This document shows positions 1-9,899 of a stretch of DNA of 64,000 nt, piece after piece. A model generated the notes under the pieces. It searched no databases. It saw only the letters and a program-made list of their open reading frames with translations, and had not been told where the DNA came from. Source of the stretch: a virus; IMG/VR virus record IMGVR_UViG_3300035698_004757, positions 1-64,000 of that record, one strand, 5' to 3'. Position 1 is the first letter of the stretch. Each line of letters opens with the position of its first letter. The translations under genes were made by a program, and so were the position numbers.

Positions 1-10
1 AGGTACCAGC

Positions 11-214
11 ATGACTACTGCACTGCGGCAGGTCACGAGGGAGTGTGCGGTCATACTTGGCAATGTCAACGTCGCGCTGGGCAACCCGCGAGAGCATGTG
101 TGGACCCGGCGGGACAAGTACCCGCGCTGCATGGTGTGTGACATCGGGAAGCGTGCGGCCGGTCACGACATGCCATGCCCCGGTAAAGTTGACGCAGCGT
201 CAAAACAGGGTTGA
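11..214 (+). CDS. Small hypothetical protein, His/Cys-rich (possible Zn-binding)
   Basis: 67-aa ORF with HxW...CxxC...CPG; at window edge, start uncertain. Confidence 0.4.
   Translation: MTTALRQVTRECAVILGNVNVALGNPREHVWTRRDKYPRCMVCDIGKRAAGHDMPCPGKVDAASKQG
189..203. repeat. 15-bp palindrome TTGACGCAGCGTCAA (copy 1)
   Basis: Exact match; in ORF 11..214 (VDAASK), 7 bp upstream of TTGACA -35. Confidence 0.9.
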
Positions 215-239
215 CAGGTAATATGTCGTGTGGTACGGT
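211..239 (+). promoter_or_regulatory. Sigma70-type promoter TTGACA-17-TACGGT
   Basis: Perfect -35, 17-bp spacer, TG extension, upstream of ORF 302. Confidence 0.6.
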
Positions 240-301
240 ATATTCCACAAGTCGGGGAGCGCCGCCCGTAAACAGGTGCGACACGTATAGCAGGTGACAC
301 A

Positions 302-961
302 ATGAAACCGGAATCAAAGTATCAGCGCAAGTTGGAGCGAAAGTCCGCGAAGGCAGATCGGAGGCGTCGCAAACTTTCACGTATCGCACAGCAGGCCAAG
401 ACCGAAGCGACAGCGACTACGGATGAGTGGCAGCCGTTGCAGCGGGCCGCGATGTACAACGATACGGTCGCGCAGATGGTGACCGCGAAGCACGACGATA
501 CTTGGATGAATAACCTGTACACCGTGCAGGTGACACGCAACGTGCGGTACGAAGATTCGCCGACGCACCCGCAGGTTCACGAGTTGTCGATTCGCCGCAA
601 CGATCGCCAAGCGGCGTTGGACTGGCGACACTTACAAAAGATCAAAGATGAGTTGGTTGGCGAGAACCACGAAGGCGTGATGTTGTTCCCGCACAGGAAC
701 CGACTGGTGGACACGAGCAATCAGTTTTACGTTTACGTGCTGGCCGACGCTGACCAGACACACCCGTTCGGCATGGACGGCCGGTTGGTCAGTGAGGGTG
801 CGAGCGGCAACGTACAGCGACCTTTCCAGCCCGGGCTACGGCCGGACGACACAGTGGCGGCGTGTGGTGTGCATGTTGATGCAATCAAGGGCGGCGTGTA
901 TGGTGCGCCGTCTGCGTATGAAGTAGAAGTGGATTCGATTCTAAACCCCCCGAAGGAGTGA
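302..961 (+). CDS. Conserved phage hypothetical protein
   Basis: SD AGGTG; motif LSIRRNDR..DWRHLQKIKDELVG..E.V.LFP...RLVD.SNQ typical of a widespread phage family. Confidence 0.75.
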   Translation: MKPESKYQRKLERKSAKADRRRRKLSRIAQQAKTEATATTDEWQPLQRAAMYNDTVAQMVTAKHDDTWMNNLYTVQVTRNVRYEDSPTHPQVHELSIRRNDRQAALDWRHLQKIKDELVGENHEGVMLFPHRNRLVDTSNQFYVYVLADADQTHPFGMDGRLVSEGASGNVQRPFQPGLRPDDTVAACGVHVDAIKGGVYGAPSAYEVEVDSILNPPKE

Positions 962-968
962 CTACACG

Positions 969-1367
969 ATGCCCGATGAGATCCTTATTGTGAACGAGGA
1001 GAAGCACCCGAACCTGTGGAAGCTGACGGCGGGTGTTGTCCCGACTGTTGACGACTCCACGCAGCACCGCGCCGCGGCGCTGTACGCGCAGCTTGCGGGG
1101 CAGTTCGGTGGTGACGACGAAATCATCATGGCCAGCCGTTGGGGTGTGAGGCTCGGCGACGGTAAGAAGTACAACTACGTGGCCGTGAACGCGAACCTGT
1201 ACCGTACGCTCAACGACGCCGAGCGTATTCTGTTTACCGATGTGTTGACGGTGGCGTCACGCCCGAACATCAGCGCAGGTCTCATTGCAGGTGTTGTGAT
1301 GTGGCCCGCTGATCCGGAGACGTTCGATCACAAGACGTTCGACCCGAATACGTCCGACGACCTTTAA
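969..1367 (+). CDS. Hypothetical protein
   Basis: SD AAGGAG, 132 aa, followed by a terminator. Confidence 0.7.
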   Translation: MPDEILIVNEEKHPNLWKLTAGVVPTVDDSTQHRAAALYAQLAGQFGGDDEIIMASRWGVRLGDGKKYNYVAVNANLYRTLNDAERILFTDVLTVASRPNISAGLIAGVVMWPADPETFDHKTFDPNTSDDL

Positions 1368-1381
1368 TCACGTTGGTGCAA

Positions 1382-1419
1382 GGCCGCCCCACCCACGTCG
1401 GGTGGGGCGGTTGTTTTTT
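1382..1419 (+). terminator. Rho-independent terminator
   Basis: Stem CCGCCCCACCC/GGGTGGGGCGG, 5-nt loop, followed by TTGTTTTTT. Confidence 0.85.
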
Positions 1420-1438
1420 ATCTGTAGGGTTACGTCTG

Positions 1439-1834
1439 ATGAGTCTGGACGATTTACACGGATTACTATCACGCCGGTTGCAACAGCGCGAGGTGCAGTG
1501 GGTGCTGCCCAAGAGTGACGAAGGGATTGACTGGGGCGTGGAGCGAGTGGTGTTGGTGGAGGCCGGGACGAAGCAGTTGTGGTGGATGAAGTCGGGGATA
1601 GCGTACGCAGGTCGGATGTTGGGCAATGCGTACGTTGAGCCGAGGCTGACGCTGGTGGACTACGACGGTACCCGATCGAATTGGCGTCCGCGTCAACGAG
1701 AGTTGCACGTGGGTGGGCGACTGACCGTGACCTTGTTGTGCAGGTACGCGGTGACGATTGATGACTGGTTTGATTTTGTGGGGCTTACTGAACAATTGAA
1801 TCCGCATGTCACGACCGAAATCGTGACGGCTTGA
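1439..1834 (+). CDS. Hypothetical protein
   Basis: ATG 1439 chosen because the longer ORF start (1373) lies across the terminator. Confidence 0.55.
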   Translation: MSLDDLHGLLSRRLQQREVQWVLPKSDEGIDWGVERVVLVEAGTKQLWWMKSGIAYAGRMLGNAYVEPRLTLVDYDGTRSNWRPRQRELHVGGRLTVTLLCRYAVTIDDWFDFVGLTEQLNPHVTTEIVTA

Positions 1835-1845
1835 AAGGCAAGAAC

Positions 1846-2358
1846 ATGCTTGGACACACGACAGAGTTTAATTACCCGGTGCTTACTTGTGTCGTCATCG
1901 ACGGCGATACGGTTCGCGCGACGTTGGACTTTGGCTTTAACACCTACAAGGGGGTGTCGGTGCGCATTATGAATGTGGACACGCCGGAGGTGCGGAGCAG
2001 AGACCTGTATCACAAGGCTGTCGGCCACATGGTCAAGGCTGCCGTTGAGAAATGGATTATGAATCAGGGTGGCGTGGGCGGCTTGCGTGTGGAGTCGGCA
2101 GACGTGGGCAAATACTATGGCCGCGTTGTGGGTGACCTGTACGTGCCGAACCCAGCAGGGCCAGCCACGGTGTACTTGTCGAACTTCCTGCTATCGAAAG
2201 GCTTGGCGGTACCGTACGAAGGCGGGCAGCGCGAGTGGACGCGCCAAGCGCTGGAAGCGGCCGAAGGCGCGGCTGCCGAGTTGATCGGTCGCGAGACTAC
2301 GGCGCAGATCAGAGCCGAGTACAACGTGGACCCACCGCAGTTGTCTGACGATGATTGA
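1846..2358 (+). CDS. Thermonuclease (SNase-like) family nuclease
   Basis: VIDGDTV..LDFGF..VRI..VDTPE..KYYGRVVGD..LL.KGLA.PY.GG motifs. Confidence 0.85.
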   Translation: MLGHTTEFNYPVLTCVVIDGDTVRATLDFGFNTYKGVSVRIMNVDTPEVRSRDLYHKAVGHMVKAAVEKWIMNQGGVGGLRVESADVGKYYGRVVGDLYVPNPAGPATVYLSNFLLSKGLAVPYEGGQREWTRQALEAAEGAAAELIGRETTAQIRAEYNVDPPQLSDDD

Positions 2359-2390
2359 TTGGCGTTGGGGCTACGTTGCCCTAAGATACT

Positions 2391-2405
2391 TTGACGCAGC
2401 GTCAA
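2391..2405. repeat. 15-bp palindrome (copy 2)
   Basis: TTGACGCAGCGTCAA, between a candidate -10 (TAAGAT 2382-2387) and the SD of ORF 2413. Confidence 0.9.
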
Positions 2406-2412
2406 CTAGGAG

Positions 2413-2922
2413 ATGGCTATGTCACATACCGCTAAATCGAAGCACAAGCCCAAGTCGAGGGACCGTGTGGTGCGTCTGTTCACGCCGACACTGCCCGGGA
2501 TGGAGATGGGGTGGCAGAGGATTGTCAGGCAGGCCGACCGCTTGGTATTGCTCGCCCCGGGGTCTGACCCACAGCCGGACGGACGCAGTGGTTACCGGCA
2601 TCTGGTTGCAGGGGGCTGCCGCAAAGGCGGGGAGCCGTTACACCCAAAGCCCACGTGGACGCTTGCTGAGGGCACACAGGTGGCCGGTGCGGCGTTGATG
2701 GACGTGACGGGCACTGTGCTGGCCTATTTCCTGTACCGCGAGCCTGTGCGGCTGCTGACAGGCGACAGGGTCACAGTGGACCGTGTGGAGATTGACCGGA
2801 GCATCGCAAAGGTGCTGGCCTATTTCCTGTACCGCGAGCCTGTGCGGCTGCTGACAGGCGACGGGGTCACAGTGGACCGTGTGGAGATTGACCGGAGCAT
2901 CGCAAAAGGTGATGGCGGCTGA
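2413..2922 (+). CDS. Hypothetical protein with a 32-aa tandem duplication
   Basis: AGGAG upstream; C-terminal VLAYFLYREPVRLLTGD(R/G)VTVDRVEIDRSIAK occurs twice. Confidence 0.65.
   Translation: MAMSHTAKSKHKPKSRDRVVRLFTPTLPGMEMGWQRIVRQADRLVLLAPGSDPQPDGRSGYRHLVAGGCRKGGEPLHPKPTWTLAEGTQVAGAALMDVTGTVLAYFLYREPVRLLTGDRVTVDRVEIDRSIAKVLAYFLYREPVRLLTGDGVTVDRVEIDRSIAKGDGG
2716..2907 (+). repeat. 96-bp direct tandem repeat (2 copies)
   Basis: 2716-2811 vs 2812-2907 differ at 2 positions. Confidence 0.9.
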
Positions 2923-2949
2923 GTTGCGGCGCTGACGCAGGAGTCACGG

Positions 2950-3201
2950 ATGGCGTTGTCAGATATTTGGACTATCACACAACCCGGTGACTTACTGGCC
3001 AAGTTGGGGGCGCGGGGTGCGCGTGTGACGCACCATGAGTTGGGGAGCCGTATCGTAGTCCAGTCGGGTGAGATGGTGTTTCAGGTGCAGGCCGGGGTGT
3101 TGGAGAGAGCGATTGCGATGGGGCAACTTGAGTACGACCGGTACGAGAGCCAACCCTATCAACACATTTGGGTGTTGCGTCGTGATAAGCCCAGTCGTTG
3201 A
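2950..3201 (+). CDS. Hypothetical protein
   Basis: SD AGGAG, 83 aa. Confidence 0.6.
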   Translation: MALSDIWTITQPGDLLAKLGARGARVTHHELGSRIVVQSGEMVFQVQAGVLERAIAMGQLEYDRYESQPYQHIWVLRRDKPSR

Positions 3202-3269
3202 CATTTACACTGCATTCGGGGAAACTGTACAACGTACAGGGACTACCCACAGTTACAAGGAGCCTCGCG

Positions 3270-4406
3270 ATGCTGACTCGCGCTAATCTGTCCACTATGT
3301 TTGAGTCCGAACTCGACGGTAGCGAACTTTCTGACGTGACCCCAGTTACCCACCTTCCCGAAGACACAACGCATCCGGCCTACATTGCGGTTGAGCAGGC
3401 ACGCCCGGTGCTTGAAGAACTGTCTGACGAACCAATTTTTGTTACCGAGTCTGACGACGGTGCCGTGGTTGTAGTCGGGGAGGACAATGCCGTGCTGGTC
3501 GGTGCTGATGGCTCATTGCTGCTCAAAGACCTGACAACCGAAGGCGTGGGTGACGATTCGGACGATGACGTTGCGACCATGCTGGGACTTGACGACGATG
3601 ATGATGATGATGATGACCCTGACTGGGGTGACGATGACGACGATGATGATGATGGCGATGATGTGGATGACGATGACGACGATGATGACGAGCCGTTTGA
3701 AGGCGTCACGCTGGGCGGCATCACCGGCGTCATGCCGCAGTTGACCGAAGATCAGTGGGAGTCGGCGTCTGACGCAGCTTTTGACGCGATCCAAGACGCG
3801 ATTGAAAGCCAGACCGGGGACTACGACAGCGCACGGGAACTTGTGGCTCAGTTTGTGTCTGAACGCAAAGCCGGTGACTGGCGTGCATCGGTGTTGACTG
3901 CTGAGCGAATCGCCGAAGCGATGGGTCTTGACGCCACGGAATCCAAGGCCAAGTGCCCGGAGTGTGGGGAGGCGTTGGGTGCCGATGCAGACGAATGCGA
4001 AGAATGCGGATGGTCTGCCGATGACGACGAAGGTGACGACGACGATGATGAAACCGACGAAGAACTTGCCGAAGCTCGGCGTATGCCGCGCAAGAAGTCC
4101 GGCGCAGCCAAGGGCAACAATCAATTTGGTGGCAAAGGCCGCAGCCTCAAGACGCCCAAGGTGCCCAGTGATGTTGGCGGTGCATGGGCTACACATGAAG
4201 GTTGCACGTTCGCTATCTTCCCCAAGGGCCGCCTCCAAGAGTTTGTCACGTTGGCCAAGCAGGCCGGTGTGAAGACCGGCGACAATGTGGACCTGCAAAC
4301 CGAAGGCGACTATTACGGCGTTGAAGTGCCCGACGCAGTGGCCGATAAGATCGCGCCGTTGTTTGATGGCGATGATGTCGCGTACCGTACCCACGAATCT
4401 GACTGA
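3270..4406 (+). CDS. Very acidic protein with poly-Asp tracts, Zn-ribbon and a basic segment; putative internal head/scaffold-like protein
   Basis: SD AAGGAG before ATG 3270; poly-D runs; CPECG..CEECG; LAE|ARRMPRKK switch to a basic region. Confidence 0.7.
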   Translation: MLTRANLSTMFESELDGSELSDVTPVTHLPEDTTHPAYIAVEQARPVLEELSDEPIFVTESDDGAVVVVGEDNAVLVGADGSLLLKDLTTEGVGDDSDDDVATMLGLDDDDDDDDDPDWGDDDDDDDDGDDVDDDDDDDDEPFEGVTLGGITGVMPQLTEDQWESASDAAFDAIQDAIESQTGDYDSARELVAQFVSERKAGDWRASVLTAERIAEAMGLDATESKAKCPECGEALGADADECEECGWSADDDEGDDDDDETDEELAEARRMPRKKSGAAKGNNQFGGKGRSLKTPKVPSDVGGAWATHEGCTFAIFPKGRLQEFVTLAKQAGVKTGDNVDLQTEGDYYGVEVPDAVADKIAPLFDGDDVAYRTHESD

Positions 4407-4410
4407 TTGT

Positions 4411-4425
4411 TTGACGCCGCGTCAA
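4411..4425. repeat. 15-bp palindrome (copy 3, central C)
   Basis: TTGACGCCGCGTCAA, intergenic before SD GAGGTG. Confidence 0.85.
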
Positions 4426-4442
4426 TTGCCGAGGTGTGACTT

Positions 4443-6239
4443 ATGGCTGACTACGCACTTGCTTTCCGGAACGGGGCTTATGCCGTTTCTAGCACTGTGA
4501 ATATGTTCAATGCAGGTGCGGTGACGCGACCCGCATGGCTGAACGTATGGTTGCGACCGGACGTTGCGCCGGGAGCGTCGCGGAGTCTGGTTGGCTTTAC
4601 AAACGGCTCGCGGTGGTTCCTGTACATCACAAGTAGCACGATTCGCGTATATTGGGCAGGCTCACAATGGGACATCGGTCAGACGTTGACACAGTCCGTG
4701 TGGAATCATTTATTGTTTGTTGAGGTGTCTTCGACCGAGCGGTATTTTTACCTGAACGGCACCAAGTACAGCGACACGACCAGTTGGGGGTCTACGCCCA
4801 CGGGTCTCACAAAAGCGTACGTATTCAATAGCGGTGCTGGTTGGGACTGTGACGCGGACGACTTCGCAGCCCGGCACAACGTGGCTGGGTTCGACGAAGC
4901 TGCGGCCGACGCGATGGCGGCTGACATATGGTCAGGCGGGCCACCCACGGGTAAAGCCGTGGCACCGTATCTTCCTACACACCATTGGCTCATGGACAAC
5001 CGCTTTGGTGGCATCCCGGATCACGGCACGACTGCGGCACCTGTAATTATGATGGTCGAGGACGGTGGCGACCCCGACGATGTGGACTACACTGACACGC
5101 CGATGAGTCCACCGTCTGATTTGGTGGTGCTTGGTAATTCGATCGAACTAACACACGGTGACGTTACACCCGCAACGGCAGACCACACAGACTTCGGGGC
5201 CACGAACGTGACGGGCGGCACCGTGACACGTACGTTCTATGTCCGCAATGACGGTGGTGCAGACATTGCACAGGCTGTCGCGGCTGTCAGTGGCGACGAT
5301 GCCGGTGACTTCACTGTGTTGAGTCAGCCGACTACACCTCTTGCGGCCGAAGGGTTGACGAGTTTCCAAGTGCGGGCCGACCCCAGTGCGCGAGGTGTGC
5401 GTACAACGACTGTGCAGATCGACCACGACGACGCAGCCAAGGCTGACCCATTTACATTCAAAGTGCAGGTCACTGGCCAGAGTTCGTTGATTGTGGTCAA
5501 GGGCAATAGCCAAACAATCAGCGATGCAGACACCACACCCGACCCGGCCGATCACACCGATTTTGGCGATGTGTTGGCGGGCCTTGCTACGGTGACCCGC
5601 ACGTTTACAATTCAGAACACAGGCGAGCTAAGCCTAAACATCACCGACGTGGCGTTGTCAGGGACGGGCACTAGTGCTTACAGCATTGTGTCGCAACCGG
5701 ACGCAACCGTTGCCGCCGGGCAGACGACTACATTCGATGTCACCTTCGACCCCACCGGGGCCGGGGATTTTGACGCGACTGTAACAATCAGCAGCGACGG
5801 TCTCGGCAATGAGTCCTATACTTTTGACCTTACTGGTACGGCCACTGCGCCCGTCATCAGCGTCACGGGTGATGTGCTTAGCTTTGAGCATGAGGTTGGC
5901 GAGACTTCGGACACTGTAACTTTGACAGTGACCAACACAGGGTCCGCCAATCTCGCGCTTGAAGTTGACGGTGGCTTGTCGTGGGTTATCCCGTCTGTGC
6001 AGGCTACGGTTGTGGCACCCGCCGGGTCGGTGCAAATACAGTTCCGCGCTATCACAGTGGGCCTGCCGCTTGGTACACACGCTTCGACAGTGACGCTATC
6101 GGACGCCAACGGGGCTACGACTGACAAGACTCGCGTCATGGAGTTGGTTTTGAAAGAACGTGTGCGACCCAGCAAGACCGCAGGTGCGCAGGTGCGAATC
6201 GAAGAAGGCACACCTGTGTTGCCGTTGAAGGAGAATTGA
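4443..6239 (+). CDS. Putative virion surface protein: LamG/ConA-like N-domain plus choice-of-anchor-D-like Ig domains
   Basis: W.RP..WNHL.FV..YFYLNG LamG-like pattern; two GN..I..D.TP..ADHTDFG..TVTRTF.I.N.G repeats. Confidence 0.7.
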   Translation: MADYALAFRNGAYAVSSTVNMFNAGAVTRPAWLNVWLRPDVAPGASRSLVGFTNGSRWFLYITSSTIRVYWAGSQWDIGQTLTQSVWNHLLFVEVSSTERYFYLNGTKYSDTTSWGSTPTGLTKAYVFNSGAGWDCDADDFAARHNVAGFDEAAADAMAADIWSGGPPTGKAVAPYLPTHHWLMDNRFGGIPDHGTTAAPVIMMVEDGGDPDDVDYTDTPMSPPSDLVVLGNSIELTHGDVTPATADHTDFGATNVTGGTVTRTFYVRNDGGADIAQAVAAVSGDDAGDFTVLSQPTTPLAAEGLTSFQVRADPSARGVRTTTVQIDHDDAAKADPFTFKVQVTGQSSLIVVKGNSQTISDADTTPDPADHTDFGDVLAGLATVTRTFTIQNTGELSLNITDVALSGTGTSAYSIVSQPDATVAAGQTTTFDVTFDPTGAGDFDATVTISSDGLGNESYTFDLTGTATAPVISVTGDVLSFEHEVGETSDTVTLTVTNTGSANLALEVDGGLSWVIPSVQATVVAPAGSVQIQFRAITVGLPLGTHASTVTLSDANGATTDKTRVMELVLKERVRPSKTAGAQVRIEEGTPVLPLKEN

Positions 6240-6242
6240 CCC

Positions 6243-9200
6243 ATGCCCGCAACCGCAACAGTTAGTGGTGCCACGTTTGTGACTGTGCTTAACGCCGAAT
6301 GGCCGGTTACGGGCGGGTCTCGCAACGGCAAAGACATATTCAAGTGCCCCGGCAACCTTTATTGGATGTGGTACCACGACGATAGTGGCGACGGGTTCTA
6401 TGGGGGCGGTAACTTTTGGACGATTGGTGATGCTGATCCCACGAGTTCGCAGCCCGGTTGGATGAATGTTTGGTATTTGGGTTCGGACACTACGTGGCCG
6501 TGGGACGACGCATCGTGGGGCGCTAGTGGCGTGGGGCCGCCGGACGGACCGTTGACTGTGACGGGCAACGCCGTGGTAGGCGTGTACGCCGTCACGAGCG
6601 CAACCCCTGCCGGAGCCAATGGCAATTATCACTTGGTCGACAATACGGGTGAGGACGACTGGAAACAGGACGACACCGCCCGTTACATCTACAAGCAGGG
6701 TGGCTTCTGGCGTCGCGGACCAACACAGGGCGGTGGCGGTGACTACGAAGCAACCGGGCCAGCCGACTCTACTTCACCTGACGATGGTGCGTGGGACGAT
6801 GGGTCATCTGTTGCCGAGGGCACCGTGGCGCGGCAAGTTGTGTACATCGAGTACACGACCGACCCGGACGCAGCGGGTCAGTATTCAGCCCCCGTGTACG
6901 TCAAAGATGGCAACCTGTATTACACCGGACCTAACGGTTTTATCGCCGGTCGCGATCCCGGGACGCCTGACTGGCACATCGAAGCTGAGGATGGGACCGA
7001 AGGCGCGGGCGATGTTGCCGCCGACCACACAAACCCAAGTACCAGTGAATTACTGCCGATGAGCGGTTGGTCAGACGGCGTCGTTGTGCGCGATCCTTAC
7101 ATCACATTCCGCGAGAAGGTCACAAGCAAGTTTTATTCTGACAGTCCGGTTTTTAACGCGCAATACACGGCGTGCGACTTTGCAAACCGCATGGTTGTTT
7201 TGCAGCCGTACAATGACTACAGCAAGCCTGCCGCTGTGGGCGTGCAAGACGCACCGGGTGGCGATTTCACACTTGAGGCTTCGTTGCTACCTGACTTCGC
7301 GGGTCCGGGAAGCCACACGTGGACAGGTTGTGCGATGTCGCGCGTCGATCCGGATGACGACCAAGGTGGGTACCTTGCACTGTGTGGTGACGGCGGGACA
7401 CCTGCACAGATTGTGGTGGTGTATCACCGCGCAGCCGGGGAGACTACGTGGGTTAATGTGATGGTGGCCGAGATACCGACCGGCGGCGGCAACCACGAGC
7501 GCACATCGGTCGCGTTTTCCGACGACGGGCGTTGGGTCTTTGGCACACGCACCGGCGATGCGGCCCCCGGTAACAACTACGTGGTGGTGTGGGAAAACCA
7601 CCCGACGTTGGGTTGGCGTTACGTGCAGACGTTGGAGGCGACGGAGCCAAGCATTGCGCGCATGGGTGTGACAGTTGCATGCGATGGGTCGTACCTGTTC
7701 TTAGGCGCGCTGATGGCCAGCAACGATGACTCTGTCGCAATGTATTACCTTAACGGTGGTGTGTGGACGTACCTCGGCAAAGCACCTGACCCGGACCCCG
7801 GAGAAGTAGGTAAAGGGCGCGGGCAGATTGCGATGGTGTACAGCGACCCGTGGTTGTTCCTCCCCGCCGTTTATTATGGCCGTATTTACATCCACAAACG
7901 CAGTGGTGCCGCAGGTTCGGCGACGTTCCCGCATCACCAGACAATCGCACCCGTCGGTGTGCTATCGGGTTTAACTTTTGGTAACGATACCCGCGCGTAC
8001 AACGGCAACAACATTGTGTTTTCTGCGACGAGCGGGACGCACGGCTACGTGGGTCTGCTGACGTATGACGCAAACGGGGACACGTGGATTGCGGCTGAGT
8101 CCGCAAGCACGGATGACGATGTCGGTGGTGCCTATTCCGGCATCATCCCACTAGACGGCACAGTTGTGTATGGCACCCCCGCGTCCAACGGCCGCCAGAT
8201 GCAGGTGTTTAATTACACGGCTGCACTACCCCCCGGTCCTGATATTGAGGTGTACGGCAATAGCACGTTGATTGCCGACGCTGACGCAACACCTGATGCA
8301 GCCGATCACACTTCCGCAGGCAATGCACAGATTGGTGGCAGCACCGTGACGCGCACGTTGTACATCCGTAACGTGGGTGCGAGCGATTTGAACCTTACCG
8401 GGCCAACACCCGTGACTTTGACCGCAGGCCATACCGGTGACTTCACAATTGTGACGCAGCCGACGCTTGACCCGATTGACGTTGGCGAAGGCAACCAAGT
8501 ATCCGTGCCTGTGCGGTTCTCACCAGTAGCACGAGGCGCACGACAGGCTACGTTGGCGATCGCGAGTGACGACCCGACCGGTCCGTACACACTTGATGTG
8601 GGCGGCACGGGTCAGAGCGCGTTGATTGTTATCAAGGGCAACAGTCAAACGATTGCCAAGGGCGACGTGACACCTGACGCGGCCGATCACACCAGCTTTG
8701 GTGCCGCGACCGCAGGGCAGACCACCGTGGAGCGCACGTTTACGATTCACAACACCGGCGAGTACGACCTCACGATTACAGGTGTGTCGCTGACAACCGA
8801 AGTCAATTACACAATCAGCGAAGAGCCGTTACTTTCGACGGTGCCCGCTGGCCAGACGACTACGTTCAAGGTGCTGTTCGACCCGGCGGCGTCTGGATCA
8901 CTGGGCGACACAATCACGGTTGCCAGTAATGGCTTTGGCGACACGTCGTATGCCTTTGCGATCGACGGCACTGGTGTGGCTCCCGAGATTACGCTGACCG
9001 GCCCCGGCATTGACGTGGAAGTGAACAAGGGTGACTCACCGTCGCCGACTGTGCTTAATGTCGAGAACACCGGGGACGCCACGTTGAGCCTGCGCATCAC
9101 CAAGGGCAACGCAACGTGGCTGACGGTCGCCCCCGCTGCGAGCGAGGTGGCGTCCAGTGCCGACATCGACATCACAGTAAGCATCGCGACGGCTGGGCTG

Positions 9201-9392
9201 GATGAGGGGGACTACACAGCCACCCTGACATTCGCCGACGTAAATGATGCGACGGCCGAAGTGACCCGTGTGATTGCACTGTCGGTCAAACCGTCCGTGC
9301 ATCCCGGTAAGCTGGCGGGCGGCAATGTCGTGGTGGAAGAGTCTGACACAGCCAGTGACCCAGTTTCCGCTAACAGATATCGAACGCGATAG
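6243..9392 (+). CDS. Putative virion surface protein: Trp/Gly-rich N-domains, beta-propeller-like middle, choice-of-anchor-D-like Ig domains
   Basis: C-terminal ~380 aa paralogous to 4443..6239 (ADHTS.G..TVTRT..I.N.G repeats). Confidence 0.7.
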   Translation: MPATATVSGATFVTVLNAEWPVTGGSRNGKDIFKCPGNLYWMWYHDDSGDGFYGGGNFWTIGDADPTSSQPGWMNVWYLGSDTTWPWDDASWGASGVGPPDGPLTVTGNAVVGVYAVTSATPAGANGNYHLVDNTGEDDWKQDDTARYIYKQGGFWRRGPTQGGGGDYEATGPADSTSPDDGAWDDGSSVAEGTVARQVVYIEYTTDPDAAGQYSAPVYVKDGNLYYTGPNGFIAGRDPGTPDWHIEAEDGTEGAGDVAADHTNPSTSELLPMSGWSDGVVVRDPYITFREKVTSKFYSDSPVFNAQYTACDFANRMVVLQPYNDYSKPAAVGVQDAPGGDFTLEASLLPDFAGPGSHTWTGCAMSRVDPDDDQGGYLALCGDGGTPAQIVVVYHRAAGETTWVNVMVAEIPTGGGNHERTSVAFSDDGRWVFGTRTGDAAPGNNYVVVWENHPTLGWRYVQTLEATEPSIARMGVTVACDGSYLFLGALMASNDDSVAMYYLNGGVWTYLGKAPDPDPGEVGKGRGQIAMVYSDPWLFLPAVYYGRIYIHKRSGAAGSATFPHHQTIAPVGVLSGLTFGNDTRAYNGNNIVFSATSGTHGYVGLLTYDANGDTWIAAESASTDDDVGGAYSGIIPLDGTVVYGTPASNGRQMQVFNYTAALPPGPDIEVYGNSTLIADADATPDAADHTSAGNAQIGGSTVTRTLYIRNVGASDLNLTGPTPVTLTAGHTGDFTIVTQPTLDPIDVGEGNQVSVPVRFSPVARGARQATLAIASDDPTGPYTLDVGGTGQSALIVIKGNSQTIAKGDVTPDAADHTSFGAATAGQTTVERTFTIHNTGEYDLTITGVSLTTEVNYTISEEPLLSTVPAGQTTTFKVLFDPAASGSLGDTITVASNGFGDTSYAFAIDGTGVAPEITLTGPGIDVEVNKGDSPSPTVLNVENTGDATLSLRITKGNATWLTVAPAASEVASSADIDITVSIATAGLDEGDYTATLTFADVNDATAEVTRVIALSVKPSVHPGKLAGGNVVVEESDTASDPVSANRYRTR

Positions 9393-9400
9393 GAGTTCCA

Positions 9401-9883
9401 GTGGCGAAGAAGAGAAAAGCCAAGAAACGTAAGGCCAACACCGGGGAAGCGACAACGCCCGCCCCGGGCACGGAGACGGCTGCGCACGCCGTGTCACCCG
9501 GCGAGGTTCCCTGCCCACCCGCATTGCAGGAAGCCAACGCTGCGGCCTCTCCGTGCCCGGCTCGGCCTAACGTGGCGGTGATTGGACGGCCGTTCACCCT
9601 GATAGTCGATCCGCGACGCCGGGGCACCCCGGTAACGTCGGTCACGCTCCGCAATATGAGTCCGGACGCACTTGACCTTGCTGTGACGGTGGAAGCCCCG
9701 GGGGCAGCAGTACCCACTCAGTTGCACCTTGCCCGTAACGGGGAGGCTACGTTTCGGGTGGCTGTGACCGAAGAAGACGCCACAGGTGTTGTGAGATTGG
9801 TGGCCACGGTGGTGCAGGCCGGTACGGGAGAAGTGGTGCAGATGGTGCCCATTTTCCTGTCCCGTGAGGCACCCGAAAATTGA
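9401..9883 (+). CDS. Hypothetical protein, basic N-terminus plus possible Ig-like domain
   Basis: SD AGGAG, GTG start; VTLRN...L.VTVEAPG...F.V.V beta pattern. Confidence 0.6.
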   Translation: MAKKRKAKKRKANTGEATTPAPGTETAAHAVSPGEVPCPPALQEANAAASPCPARPNVAVIGRPFTLIVDPRRRGTPVTSVTLRNMSPDALDLAVTVEAPGAAVPTQLHLARNGEATFRVAVTEEDATGVVRLVATVVQAGTGEVVQMVPIFLSREAPEN

Positions 9884-9894
9884 CGCTGCGTCAA
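9880..9894. repeat. 15-bp palindrome (copy 4)
   Basis: TTGACGCTGCGTCAA; contains the TGA stop of 9401..9883. Confidence 0.9.
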
Positions 9895-9899
9895 TCCGC

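Noticed and set aside
3198-3269. TTG start at 3198 for the acidic protein
   Set aside because: The TTG is part of a TTGACA hexamer; ATG 3270 has a strong AAGGAG SD
3591-3690. GAT/GAC trinucleotide-like repeats
   Set aside because: Explained by poly-Asp coding with mixed codons; not a separate DNA element
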